From positions 11,314 to 75,313 of the forward strand of contig CAWEQU010000005.1 in NCBI GenBank assembly GCA_963811305.1: a stretch of DNA of 64,000 nt, in the 5' to 3' direction. The stretch is from an uncultured Chloroflexia bacterium. Lineage in GTDB: Bacteria; Chloroflexota; Chloroflexia; QHBQ01; JADMIH01. Made by a program: the position numbers and the translations under genes. Under the pieces are notes generated by a model. The model worked only from the letters and a program-made list of their open reading frames with translations. It was not told the DNA's origin and did no database searches. Positions within the stretch are counted from its first letter, which is position 1. Each line of letters starts with the position of its first letter. This document shows positions 1 to 8,370 of this stretch, piece after piece.

Positions 1-1299
1 GTGGTTTCATGCTCTGCGTATATCGAGAATGTGGCCCCTATCGATGATCCCCACAGCCTAGAAATAGAAGGTTGTAAATCCGCTGCTCTTTGTGGACACG
101 CACCCCATAAGCCTAGTGGATCGAGAGCATTATTACGCTTGTATGTGCGAGCATAGTTTTCTTCGATGGTGAACGTCTCTTTGTGTCTGTAGTTATAGTT
201 GAGAGAACGATCCAACTTCGCTGCTCCACGATGTAACAACGAAGCATTGACAAATATGCTTATGCCTGATACGGTCACGTAACGCGACAAAATAGCGTTA
301 TTCGTATCCTGACCATCTTGTTCTAGAATTACCTGGCTACCGAACCCACCAATGAGTTGTTGATTGTTTTTTAATGCGTCGTTACCATAACATGCGCCCA
401 ACTCAGGAAGCCTGAATGCCTAGATAGTCTATTCGTCGCGTAGAATTGTCCAGGATGACTTCAATAGAGTCGCCATCTATTACCTTTGTCACCTTCGCAA
501 TAACTGGCCTCGGAGGTGGGGGGGCAATAACATATTTTGCGTTGAAGCGGATGGTTCCGAGTTGAGATAGCAGCACTTCATAGGGCGTGCCGGCGTACTC
601 CGGGTGGTACTCAAATACAGCTCGCTCGAAATATTGCACGAGATATGGTCTATTGTTCAAAGGAGATACCTCTGTAAACTCATTAGTAATCGGATACCCG
701 TATTGTGAGACGCTGGTATTCTGTAAGAGGCCGCCAGGCAAAGGATCAACCACCTGTGGCTGAAGGCCAGTCTGTGGGACGACGCTAGCATTCTCCCAGT
801 ATCGACGAAACACACCACCTAATGTCTTACCTGTTTCCGAGAATATCCTCGGTTTGTCGGAACTGGGTCTCTGGTTTGGAGGGTTGCCACCGTAATCCTC
901 CCGAAGTTGAGCTACACCTAACAACTGTAAGAGCACATCATAAGGGGCTTTATTCTCTGGGTGCTCTTCGAATACCGACCTTTCAAAATACTGCACAAAA
1001 TACACATGCCCGTCTGTATCGCTCTGCTCCGCGAACCTCTCGGTAATAGGGTAGCCCTGTTGATACACTCCACCCCTGCTTTCCCAGACTTGCAGGAACC
1101 GCCCACTGACTGTTTTGCCCGTTTCTGGAAAGGTCCGGCTACTCGCTTGAGCGAGAACTCCGCCATTACGCGGAGCTATGCTAAGCAATAACAAGAGCAA
1201 TAATGAACCTGATACAATTGACCTCTTTTTGGTTACACGATTTGATTGGTACGACAAATGGTATCTCTTCATTTTACACCTCTCAGAGGGTACAGTCAT
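1..1299 (-). pseudogene. Secreted protein: two ~75-aa tandem repeats fused to a staphylococcal-nuclease-like (SNase/thermonuclease) domain. Frameshifted near 405-410 (or sequencing error); 3' end runs off the window
   Basis: ORF 403..1299 has a signal-like N-terminus (SLLLLLLLSIAP) and two repeats (FPETGK..GYPIT..VQYFER.VFE.HPE..VLL..LG). It stops at TGA 403-405 right after VIDGDSIEV..YLGIQA, the opening of an SNase motif (cf. GIDAPE). Hand translation of the +1 frame from 407 down to 1 is stop-free: PELGACYGNDALKNNQQL..VILEQDGQDTNNAILSRYVTV..VNASLLHRGAAKL..ENYARTYKRNNALDPLGLWGACP, i.e. the rest of an SNase fold. Confidence 0.6.
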
Positions 1300-1546
1300 C
1301 GTAAAGGGACAATAATGCGATGCGTGTTGGTTGGCGGCATTTTAACACATCTCAGCCAAAACGACAATATGTTGCATTATCAAATGTAGCGACAAACTGT
1401 AAGTGCCCGGATTAGGAGTAAATATCCTTATAAAAAGAAAATCGCTCAATGTACGTGCGGAAACTAATATGGCACGAAGCAGGACTGGCACGCATTTTGC
1501 ACCTCACTTATTTAGGCTGCTAACCAGCAGTAAAAGGAGGCCCAAA

Positions 1547-1726
1547 ATGCCAAGAGGTGTCAAAGAAGGGAGCAAGCGAGACCGCCAGTACGAGCACATC
1601 AAGGACTCCTACGAGGAGCGAGGCGTCTCCGAGAGCGAAGCTGAAGAGCGCGCCGCCCGCACCGTCAACAAGCAGCGTAGCGAGGCTGGCGAGACGAAGG
1701 AAAGCAAGGGCGACAAGAGAAGCTGA
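1547..1726 (+). CDS. Small hydrophilic protein (59 aa) resembling the small 'plasmid stabilization protein'-annotated family of Actinobacteria/Deinococci
   Basis: ATG at 1547 is preceded by AAAGGAGG 7 nt upstream. Sequence MPRGVKEGSKRDRQYEHIKDSYEERGVSESEAEERAARTVNKQR. The longer ORF start at 1403 lacks an RBS. Confidence 0.55.
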   Translation: MPRGVKEGSKRDRQYEHIKDSYEERGVSESEAEERAARTVNKQRSEAGETKESKGDKRS

Positions 1727-1782
1727 TTGCGGGGGTATGGCGCGCCATGCCCCTGCGGACTCGCCCGACAGGAGATACGACG

Positions 1783-1947
1783 ATGGACCAGCAAGATAGC
1801 AACACAACGCAGGCAGAGCAGACTTGCGCGAACTGCGGTATGTCAAAAGATGAATGGAGAGGCAACAACGGCGAAGGCTTCCAGATGGGAGACAAGACCT
1901 ATTGCTGCCAGGGATGTGCTACAGGCACGGGGTGTACGTGCGCATAA
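1783..1947 (+). CDS. Small Cys-rich putative metal-binding protein (TRASH/YHS- or metallothionein-like)
   Basis: MDQQD start with AGGAG 9 nt upstream. Pattern C-A-N-C-G-M..(18)..Y-C-C-Q-G-C-A-T-G-T-G-C-T-C gives 7 Cys in 54 aa. Function is inferred from the Cys spacing only. Confidence 0.4.
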   Translation: MDQQDSNTTQAEQTCANCGMSKDEWRGNNGEGFQMGDKTYCCQGCATGTGCTCA

Positions 1948-1963
1948 CCTCCCTATTCATCAC

Positions 1964-2229
1964 AAACATGCGCCATCCCGAATTTTGAGCAAGCTTCATT
2001 AGAATCGACAAATCGACGGAACCGCCAAGACGCCAAGACGCCAAGAGCACCAAGAACCCGCCAAGATAATAAAGGATGGAGAGCTTCCTAATTCTTTACC
2101 CCTTCGTCTCAGCTAAATCTCCGCGTCTCTGCGCCTCTGCGGTAAAACCAATAAATAATCTTGGCGGGTTCTTGGCGCTCTTGGCGTCTTGGCGGTTCCG
2201 TACTCTATAGTTCGGGATCTCTCATGTTT
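1964..2229. mobile_element. MITE-like non-autonomous element, copy E1: ~20-bp terminal inverted repeat AAACAT-N5-CATCCCGAA, interior built of CCAAGAC/GTCTTGG and CTCTGCG heptamer arms
   Basis: Left end aaacatgcgccatcccgaatttt; right end agttcgggatctctcatgttt. Internal inverted arms lie at 2016-2067 and 2158-2201. Both ends match copy E2 (29039-29240) in the opposite orientation. No target-site duplication seen. Confidence 0.5.
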
Positions 2230-2245
2230 CTAGGCGATTGTGCTT

Positions 2246-3517
2246 TTATTTCTCATAAGGCTTGCCCACAGCGGCAGGGGGGCGCGCCCGGCCTATGACC
2301 CCGGCCAGCACCACTATGGTGATTATGTACGGCATCATCGTGAGGAACTGCGAGGGGAGATCGAAGTTGTAGCCCTGGATTTTTATCTGGAGCGCATCGG
2401 CGGAGCTGAAGGTCACTGCACCGCCCACCGCGCCAAAGGGTGTCCACTTACCGAATATCATTGCCGCGAGCGCGATGAAGCCCTTACCGTTGGTCATCTT
2501 ATCATCGAAGCTGAAGGTGGCTTCAAGGGAGAACCAGGCCCCCGCCAGTCCCGCCACAAGACCTGAGATGAAGACGTTCAGGTAGCGCAGGCGATTCACG
2601 TTGATGCCCATCGTGTCCGCGGCGCGAGGGTGCTCGCCAACGGCGCGGGTGCGCAGCCCCCACGCGGTGCGGAAGAGGAGGAGGCTCAGCAGGGGCACGA
2701 GTATGAGCATAGCATAGGCAATTGGCTTGTGGTCGAATAGCATAGGCCCTATTATCGGGATGCCTGACAGCACGGGGATAGGCATCTGGGGAAGCGCGCC
2801 ACCGACATGGCCGGACGATTGCAAGCCCAATACGACGTCGTTGCGCAACACCCCCGTCACACCCACCGCCAGGATGTTGATTACGGTGCCCGCGATGATC
2901 TGGTCGGTCTTGAAGCGGATAGCCAGCGCCGCGAGCAGCATCACCGTCACACCCCCCGCAGCCATGGCCGCGGTCAGCCCTATCCAGGAGTTGCTCGTCA
3001 GTAACGCGACTATATAACCCAGGCACGCTCCCGTGAGCATGACCCCCTCTATCGCTATGTTGATGACTCCCGAACGCTCACATAAGATGCCCGCCAGCGC
3101 GCCCAGGGCTATCGGTGTAGCGAGGCGCACGGTACGCGCAAGCATGTCAACCACATCAATACGGCTCCCAGCGACAGCCCAAATGAGCACGATCAAAAGG
3201 ATCGAGAAGATGAGCGCGCCCATGTAAGCCGTAAAGCCACGCGGCGAGCGCCGCAGCATCAGGAAAAGCGCGCCCGCGATCAACAGTGCGCTTATTACCC
3301 CTACGGTGATGACGGTAGGCAAAGGGATGTCAAGCAACGGCGGGTCGAGCGGCTTCGCACCAGGCCACGTGATGCGCAAGGTGGAGATTTTATCAGCCGC
3401 CACCTTGCCGCTGACCACCCAAAAGAGAAGCACCGCTGTGATGATGCCCACAACCCCCAGGATATGCTGCTTCCCTATCTGAAATTTAGCAGGCAACGCC
3501 CCTACATTAGCCGCCAA
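2246..3517 (-). CDS. ABC transporter permease (BMP/nucleoside-type uptake system, YufQ/NupQ-like)
   Basis: 423-aa polytopic hydrophobic ORF with the family-typical block RTRAVGEHPRAADTMGINV. It is last in a four-gene same-strand transporter set. TTG start. Confidence 0.85.
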   Translation of the reverse strand: MAANVGALPAKFQIGKQHILGVVGIITAVLLFWVVSGKVAADKISTLRITWPGAKPLDPPLLDIPLPTVITVGVISALLIAGALFLMLRRSPRGFTAYMGALIFSILLIVLIWAVAGSRIDVVDMLARTVRLATPIALGALAGILCERSGVINIAIEGVMLTGACLGYIVALLTSNSWIGLTAAMAAGGVTVMLLAALAIRFKTDQIIAGTVINILAVGVTGVLRNDVVLGLQSSGHVGGALPQMPIPVLSGIPIIGPMLFDHKPIAYAMLILVPLLSLLLFRTAWGLRTRAVGEHPRAADTMGINVNRLRYLNVFISGLVAGLAGAWFSLEATFSFDDKMTNGKGFIALAAMIFGKWTPFGAVGGAVTFSSADALQIKIQGYNFDLPSQFLTMMPYIITIVVLAGVIGRARPPAAVGKPYEK

Positions 3518-3541
3518 CTCTCACACCCCCAACTACACACT

Positions 3542-3606
3542 CTCACGTTTCACGTTTCACTCTATCGTCTATCGTCTATCGTCTATCGTCCATCGTCCAT
3601 CGTCCG
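3542..3606. repeat. Tandem heptamer array (CACGTTT x2, CTATCGT x4, CCATCGT x2)
   Basis: Read directly: tcacgtttcacgtttcactctatcgtctatcgtctatcgtctatcgtccatcgtccatcgtcc, filling the gap between the two permease genes. Confidence 0.85.
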
Positions 3607-3609
3607 CCC

Positions 3610-4857
3610 TCACCCTCCCCAGCCCCGTGTAAAGACTGCCTGCGCAGACCCCCCGCGGCGGACGCGGTAGACCCAGCGTATGATCTGGTCGGCGGCTATG
3701 AAGACGATTACCAGTGCCTGGATGATGTTGATGAGGTCTTTTGAAATGCCGCTCTCGGTCTGCATGAGGCCCGCACCCTGGCGTAGCGCGCCCCAGAATA
3801 TGGCCGCAGGAATAATGGCTATAGGGTTGCTTCGCGCCAGCAGCGCGACTGCTATGCTGTCGAACCCGTACCCCGCTGAGAAGGACGCCTGGAGCTTATG
3901 CTGTAAACCCAGCACCTGCCCCACCCCGGCCAGACCCGCAAGCGCGCCGCTTATAGCCATCGCCAGCACAAAGTTGCGCGTGATGCTCATGCCCGCGTAC
4001 TGTGCGGCGTCAGGGTTGGAGCCAACGGTACGTATCTCGAAGCCGATGGTGGTCTTGTTGAGCAGCCACCATATGGCGAACGCCATCACGATTGCCAAGA
4101 TAAAACCTGCATGCAGGCGATAGTCCGCGCCGAAGAGGAAGGGTAGCTCGGCGGATGGTTGGATCGCGGGCGTTTGTGGAGCGCTCGCCGCCTTGTCCAG
4201 AAACGGCCCCTTGATCAGGTAGTCGGTGAGGCTAATGGCTATGTAGTTAAGCATGATGGTGGTGATAACCTCATGCGCACCCGTCTTCGCACGCAGATAG
4301 CCTGGGATCGCACCCCATATCGCGCCACCCATCGCGCCTATTACCACCGCCAGAGGGAGGTGGATGAATGCAGGCAGGCCGGTGATGCTGTACCCCGCGA
4401 CCGCAGCCGCCATCGCGCCCATCGCAAGCTGCCCTTCCGCGCCGATGTTGAAGAGGCCGCACTTGAAACCGAGCGCGACCGCCAGACCCGCGAACATGAA
4501 GGGTGTCGCTTCTACCAGGGTATTCGCCAGGGCCTCAGGAGAGCCGAGCGCGCCGACAAAGAGGCCCCTGTACGCCTTGATGACGTCGGTCCCCGTCAGC
4601 AGGATAATGAGCGCGCCTATTACCAGGGCAGTGAAGATAGCGAGCAGAGGCACCAGCACTTCACCCAGCAAGGCCCCCCAGTTTAGGCCCTTGCGAGGCT
4701 CACCCGGCGGCTCAGCATGAGTGCGGCCAGGCTCTACCAGGGGCGCGGGTGGGTAATCGGCACTACCCGTAGGGCTGGTGCCACCCTCGGAAGGGACAGC
4801 CTGCACGGGCGCGTCGCCAGATACCTCATTAGCTGATTTGTCGTCTCCGTCCGGCAT
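3610..4857 (-). CDS. ABC transporter permease (BMP/nucleoside-type, YufP/NupP-like) with a ~60-aa Pro/Gly-rich N-terminal extension
   Basis: 415-aa hydrophobic ORF with the motif IRTVGSNPDAAQYAGMSI. Its ATG overlaps the ATPase stop (TGATG at 4857), suggesting translational coupling. Confidence 0.85.
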   Translation of the reverse strand: MPDGDDKSANEVSGDAPVQAVPSEGGTSPTGSADYPPAPLVEPGRTHAEPPGEPRKGLNWGALLGEVLVPLLAIFTALVIGALIILLTGTDVIKAYRGLFVGALGSPEALANTLVEATPFMFAGLAVALGFKCGLFNIGAEGQLAMGAMAAAVAGYSITGLPAFIHLPLAVVIGAMGGAIWGAIPGYLRAKTGAHEVITTIMLNYIAISLTDYLIKGPFLDKAASAPQTPAIQPSAELPFLFGADYRLHAGFILAIVMAFAIWWLLNKTTIGFEIRTVGSNPDAAQYAGMSITRNFVLAMAISGALAGLAGVGQVLGLQHKLQASFSAGYGFDSIAVALLARSNPIAIIPAAIFWGALRQGAGLMQTESGISKDLINIIQALVIVFIAADQIIRWVYRVRRGGSAQAVFTRGWGG

Positions 4858-6413
4858 CAGGCGTTGGCCCCTTCGAGCGCGGACTGCGACTCCTGTGGCT
4901 GCCCATCAGTTATGCCCGCCATCAGCAATCCTAACCCCTCCCTGGTAGCGCTCGCGGCGGGGAGGATAGCAAGCACCTTACCCTTGAACATAACCGCGAT
5001 ACGGTCGGAGAGGGCCATTATCTCGTCAAGCTCGGCGGAGACGAGCAGCACCCCAATCCCCTCATCGCGCTTTTGGATTATGCCCTTATGTATAAACTCT
5101 ATCGAGCCGACGTCGAGTCCGCGTGTCGGCTGTGCGGCTATCAATAGCTTGATGGGGCGGGAGAACTCACGCGCCACCACCACCTTCTGTTGGTTGCCGC
5201 CGGAGAGGGTAGCAGCGGCAGTCAATATGCCGGGAGTGCGCACGTCGAATGCTTTGACGAGGCGGCGGGCCTGGTCCTCTATCTCTCCCTCGTCAATTAC
5301 TATACCATGAGCGAAGGGGCTGAGGTAATAGGTGGAGAGGACCATGTTGTCGGAGCAGGGGTAGCTAAGGACCAGGCCGTGGCGGTGGCGGTCCTCCGGT
5401 ATGTGGGCTACGCCATCCTCAATGATTGTGCGAGGGACGGCGTGAGTGGTATCGTGCCCCATGAGGCGCACCGCACCCGACTGCACGGGACGAAGCCCCG
5501 TCAGCGCCTCCACAAGCTCGGTCTGGCCGTTGCCTTGCACGCCCGCGATGCCCAGCACCTCCCCAGCGCGCACTTCTAGGGAGAGCTTGTCTACCGCTAT
5601 GGTGCGCCGGTCATCCAGAACGACCAGGTCATGCACATCCAGCACGACAGGCCCCGGCTCTTTAGGCTCCTTGTCAACTGTCAGGTTGACCTCGCGCCCT
5701 ACCATCATGGCGGCAAGTCCCGCACTGTCGGTTTGGGCAGGTGTAGTAGTGCCGACCACGCGCCCACGCCGCAGAATGGTGATCCGGTCGGCGATCTCAA
5801 GCACCTCGCGCAGCTTGTGGCTTATGAAGATGAGCGATTTCCCCTGGCCGACTAGAGAGTGGAGGGTGACGAAGAGATCGTCCGCTTCCTGCGGGGTAAG
5901 AACGGCGGTCGGCTCGTCGAGGATGAGAATGTCGGCCCCCCGGTAGAGGGTCTTGATAATCTCCACGCGCTGCTGCACGCCTACAGGCAGGTCCTGCACG
6001 AGCGCATCGGGCGGCACAGCCAGGCCATAACGCTCGGAGATTTCGCCGATGCGCCTGTTGGCCTCTCGCTCATCGAGGAGAGGACCTTTTGTGATTTCCG
6101 TCCCCAGCATCACGTTCTCGGCCACTGTGAGAGTGGGCACGAGCATAAAGTGCTGGTGCACCATGCCGAGGCCCTGACGAATAGCATCGTTCGGGCCTCG
6201 TATGGTAACTTTCTTGCCGTTGATGAAAATCTCACCCTCGTCCGGGTCGTACAACCCGTAGAGGATGTTCATCAGGGTCGATTTCCCCGCGCCGTTCTCA
6301 CCGAGAAAAGCGTGTATCTCGCCCGCCTCCAGCGTAAAGCTGATGTGGTCGTTGGCGAGCACACCGGGGAATCGCTTTGTGATGTCCCGTACTTCTAGAA
6401 CAGGCGGCATCAC
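4857..6413 (-). CDS. ABC transporter ATP-binding protein, tandem ABC domains (sugar/nucleoside importer type)
   Basis: Walker A GENGAGKST, ILILDEPT, second P-loop GVQGNGQTE, signature LSGGNQQKV. 518 aa. Confidence 0.9.
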   Translation of the reverse strand: MMPPVLEVRDITKRFPGVLANDHISFTLEAGEIHAFLGENGAGKSTLMNILYGLYDPDEGEIFINGKKVTIRGPNDAIRQGLGMVHQHFMLVPTLTVAENVMLGTEITKGPLLDEREANRRIGEISERYGLAVPPDALVQDLPVGVQQRVEIIKTLYRGADILILDEPTAVLTPQEADDLFVTLHSLVGQGKSLIFISHKLREVLEIADRITILRRGRVVGTTTPAQTDSAGLAAMMVGREVNLTVDKEPKEPGPVVLDVHDLVVLDDRRTIAVDKLSLEVRAGEVLGIAGVQGNGQTELVEALTGLRPVQSGAVRLMGHDTTHAVPRTIIEDGVAHIPEDRHRHGLVLSYPCSDNMVLSTYYLSPFAHGIVIDEGEIEDQARRLVKAFDVRTPGILTAAATLSGGNQQKVVVAREFSRPIKLLIAAQPTRGLDVGSIEFIHKGIIQKRDEGIGVLLVSAELDEIMALSDRIAVMFKGKVLAILPAASATREGLGLLMAGITDGQPQESQSALEGANA

Positions 6414-6426
6414 TCTCCCCTTCGGG

Positions 6427-6509
6427 GAATTACGAATTACGAATTACGAGTTACGAATTGGTAAGCATAACCCGTAATTCGTAATTCGTAATTCGTAATT
6501 CGTAATTAC
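6427..6509. repeat. Heptamer hairpin: GAATTAC-type units, loop, then GTAATTC x5
   Basis: gaattacgaattacgaattacgagttacgaatt / ggtaagcataacc / cgtaattcgtaattcgtaattcgtaattcgtaattac. It occupies almost the whole ATPase-SBP intergenic gap. Confidence 0.85.
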
Positions 6510-8069
6510 TTACGGAACGGTTACGCCCGTCTTGATCGAGCCGTCGGCCAGGCCCTTGAGGATTGCGTCCAATTGGGTCTTGACCTCGGCGGGGATTGAA
6601 TCCTCGGCCTTGTGGAACGGGGTGAGGCCTACACCATTGCTCGCCGCATCGTAGAGCTGCGTGCCGCCCACGAAGGAACCGTCCTGCGCGGACTTGATAG
6701 CGGAGAAGACCGCGTTGTCCACGCGCTTCCCGGCGCTGGAGAGTATCTTCTCGGAGCCGAGAGCCGAGCCATTCTGGAACGTGGTTCCGTACTCGTCCTG
6801 GTCCACGCCGATAACCCACACGCCTGCCTGAGCCGCAGCCTGGATTGCGCCGGAGCCGGTCTGGCCGCCCGCGCCGAAGATGACGTCCGCACCCTCAGCG
6901 ATGAAGCTCTTGGCGGCTTCAGCGCCACGCGCGCGGTCTACGAAGGAGTCAATGTATACACTCCTCACCTGGATGTCAGGCTTGATGGACTTGGCGCCAT
7001 TCGTATAGCCCAGCACGAATTTCTTCACGGCAGGTACGCCCTCGATGCCACCGACCACGCCAATGATATTGGTCTGACTCATGGCAGCCGCGAGCGCTCC
7101 TGCCAGGTAGCCTGCCTGGTCCTCGGCGAAGACGAGTCCACGAACATTGGAGATTACAGGGTCATACGCGAAGTCGACGATGGCATACTTGATGTTAGGG
7201 TGCTTCGCGGCAGCGCCCTTTAGCGCGTCGCCCATCAGGAAGCCCACAGCTATGATCATGTCATAGTTCTGTGAGGCGAACTGCTCAAGGTTCTTGTCGT
7301 AGTCAGCGGATGCCGTAGTCTCGATGTAGTTGATCTCGACGCCAAGTTCCGTGCCTGCGCGCTTGAGACCCTCATAAGCGAACTGGTTGAACGTGCCGTC
7401 GTTGACCTTGCCCACGTCGGTAACGAGGCCGACTTTTAGTTTCGCGCCCGCGCCTGGGGTCGTCATAACACCAGGGGTCTCATTGCCCGTCATGCTGCTG
7501 TCGGTGATGTCGCCGCAGGAGACGTAGACAGAAGCTTCAGCCGCGCTCTTGTGTACGTTGATGGCGTAAGCCTGGCCTGCCGCCATCGTGAAGTCGGAGG
7601 TGGATATTGTGGTCTCGCTCTTGCCGTTGACCACACTGGTCAGGGCCACAGCAGGCGCGGGATCGAGATTGGCGCAGGTGCCTTTGTGGATGTGCGCCGG
7701 TTGAGGCTCGGTTGTGCCACCGCTTATGTCAATAGAGACGACCCAACCTGTGCTGCTCACCTTGATGGTGGCCGTGCCGTTCTGACCGGAGGCGTTCTGC
7801 TCCTTCATCGTTACGGTCATGTCCGTCATGGTTGGACCTGTGGTAGCCATTGCCGTTGCCATTGCTGTAGGCTCGGCTGTTGCTGCCATTGCCGTAGGCG
7901 CTGCTGTAGCCTCCATAGCGGCTGTGGGAGCCGATGTTGCTGGGACCGCCGTGCTTGGCACCGGGGTGTTATCCGCAGTGCCACCGCAGGCCGCCAGAAT
8001 AGGGAGTATCATTAGCAAAGCCGCCAACGATACCCCCGCCCGCCCGAAGATTTTCCTCTTGATAGACAT
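6510..8069 (-). CDS. BMP-family (PnrA/Med/TmpC-like) ABC substrate-binding lipoprotein with an extra N-terminal CHRD-like domain
   Basis: Lipobox ILAAC|GG and an Ala/Thr/Pro linker. A ~105-aa insert domain (nt 7506-7820) shows the AHIHKGTC..AINVHKS..SCGDI pattern. The BMP core follows (KLKVGLVTDVGKVNDGTFNQFAYEGLKRA, GVVGGIEGVPAVKKFVLGY). Confidence 0.85.
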   Translation of the reverse strand: MSIKRKIFGRAGVSLAALLMILPILAACGGTADNTPVPSTAVPATSAPTAAMEATAAPTAMAATAEPTAMATAMATTGPTMTDMTVTMKEQNASGQNGTATIKVSSTGWVVSIDISGGTTEPQPAHIHKGTCANLDPAPAVALTSVVNGKSETTISTSDFTMAAGQAYAINVHKSAAEASVYVSCGDITDSSMTGNETPGVMTTPGAGAKLKVGLVTDVGKVNDGTFNQFAYEGLKRAGTELGVEINYIETTASADYDKNLEQFASQNYDMIIAVGFLMGDALKGAAAKHPNIKYAIVDFAYDPVISNVRGLVFAEDQAGYLAGALAAAMSQTNIIGVVGGIEGVPAVKKFVLGYTNGAKSIKPDIQVRSVYIDSFVDRARGAEAAKSFIAEGADVIFGAGGQTGSGAIQAAAQAGVWVIGVDQDEYGTTFQNGSALGSEKILSSAGKRVDNAVFSAIKSAQDGSFVGGTQLYDAASNGVGLTPFHKAEDSIPAEVKTQLDAILKGLADGSIKTGVTVP

Positions 8070-8150
8070 ACTTTCCTCCTGTAGTCTTTTGTCCTACTAA
8101 ACGTATATCAACGCGCGTCCGGTGCCATGTCCGGGCGCTACTGTCGAGTT

Positions 8151-8179
8151 ATTATAGGCATCCTCTTGCCGGGCGTCAA
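8151..8179 (-). promoter_or_regulatory. Candidate sigma-70-type promoter of the ABC importer operon
   Basis: On the minus strand: TTGACG (8179-8174), a 17-nt spacer, then TATAAT (8156-8151). This lies ~80 nt upstream of the ATG at 8069, which has an AGGAGGA RBS. Confidence 0.5.
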
Positions 8180-8189
8180 GCCCTGTCAA

Positions 8190-8367
8190 GGACGATGGAC
8201 GATGGACGATAGATAAACACAGAGACACAAAGACGCAGAGGACGCACAGAGATTATTAACGGTAAAGGGGTGTTAAGTAACCCAAAATAATCTCTATGTT
8301 ACCTTTGTGCTCTCTGTGTCTCTGTGTTTATCTATCGTCCATCGTCCGTCGTCTGTCGTCTGTCGTC
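8190..8367. repeat. 178-nt composite imperfect palindrome built from GGACGAT/AGACGCA/CACAGAG-type heptamers and their complements
   Basis: Left arm ggacgatggacgatggacgatagataaacacagagacacaaagacgcagaggacgcacagagattatt. Right arm aataatctctatgttacctttgtgctctctgtgtctctgtgtttatctatcgtccatcgtccgtcgtctgtcgtctgtcgtc. It ends 3 nt from the stop of the 8371 gene. Confidence 0.8.
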
Positions 8368-8370
8368 TTC

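Noticed and set aside
6451-6819. 122-aa minus-strand ORF, together with similar ORFs at 46284..46547 and 12302..12591 containing NYELRITNYELR or SSIVHRPSSIV peptides
   Set aside because: These are translations of heptamer repeats running into the antisense or edges of real genes. The periodic peptides are a by-product of 7-nt repeats read in three frames.
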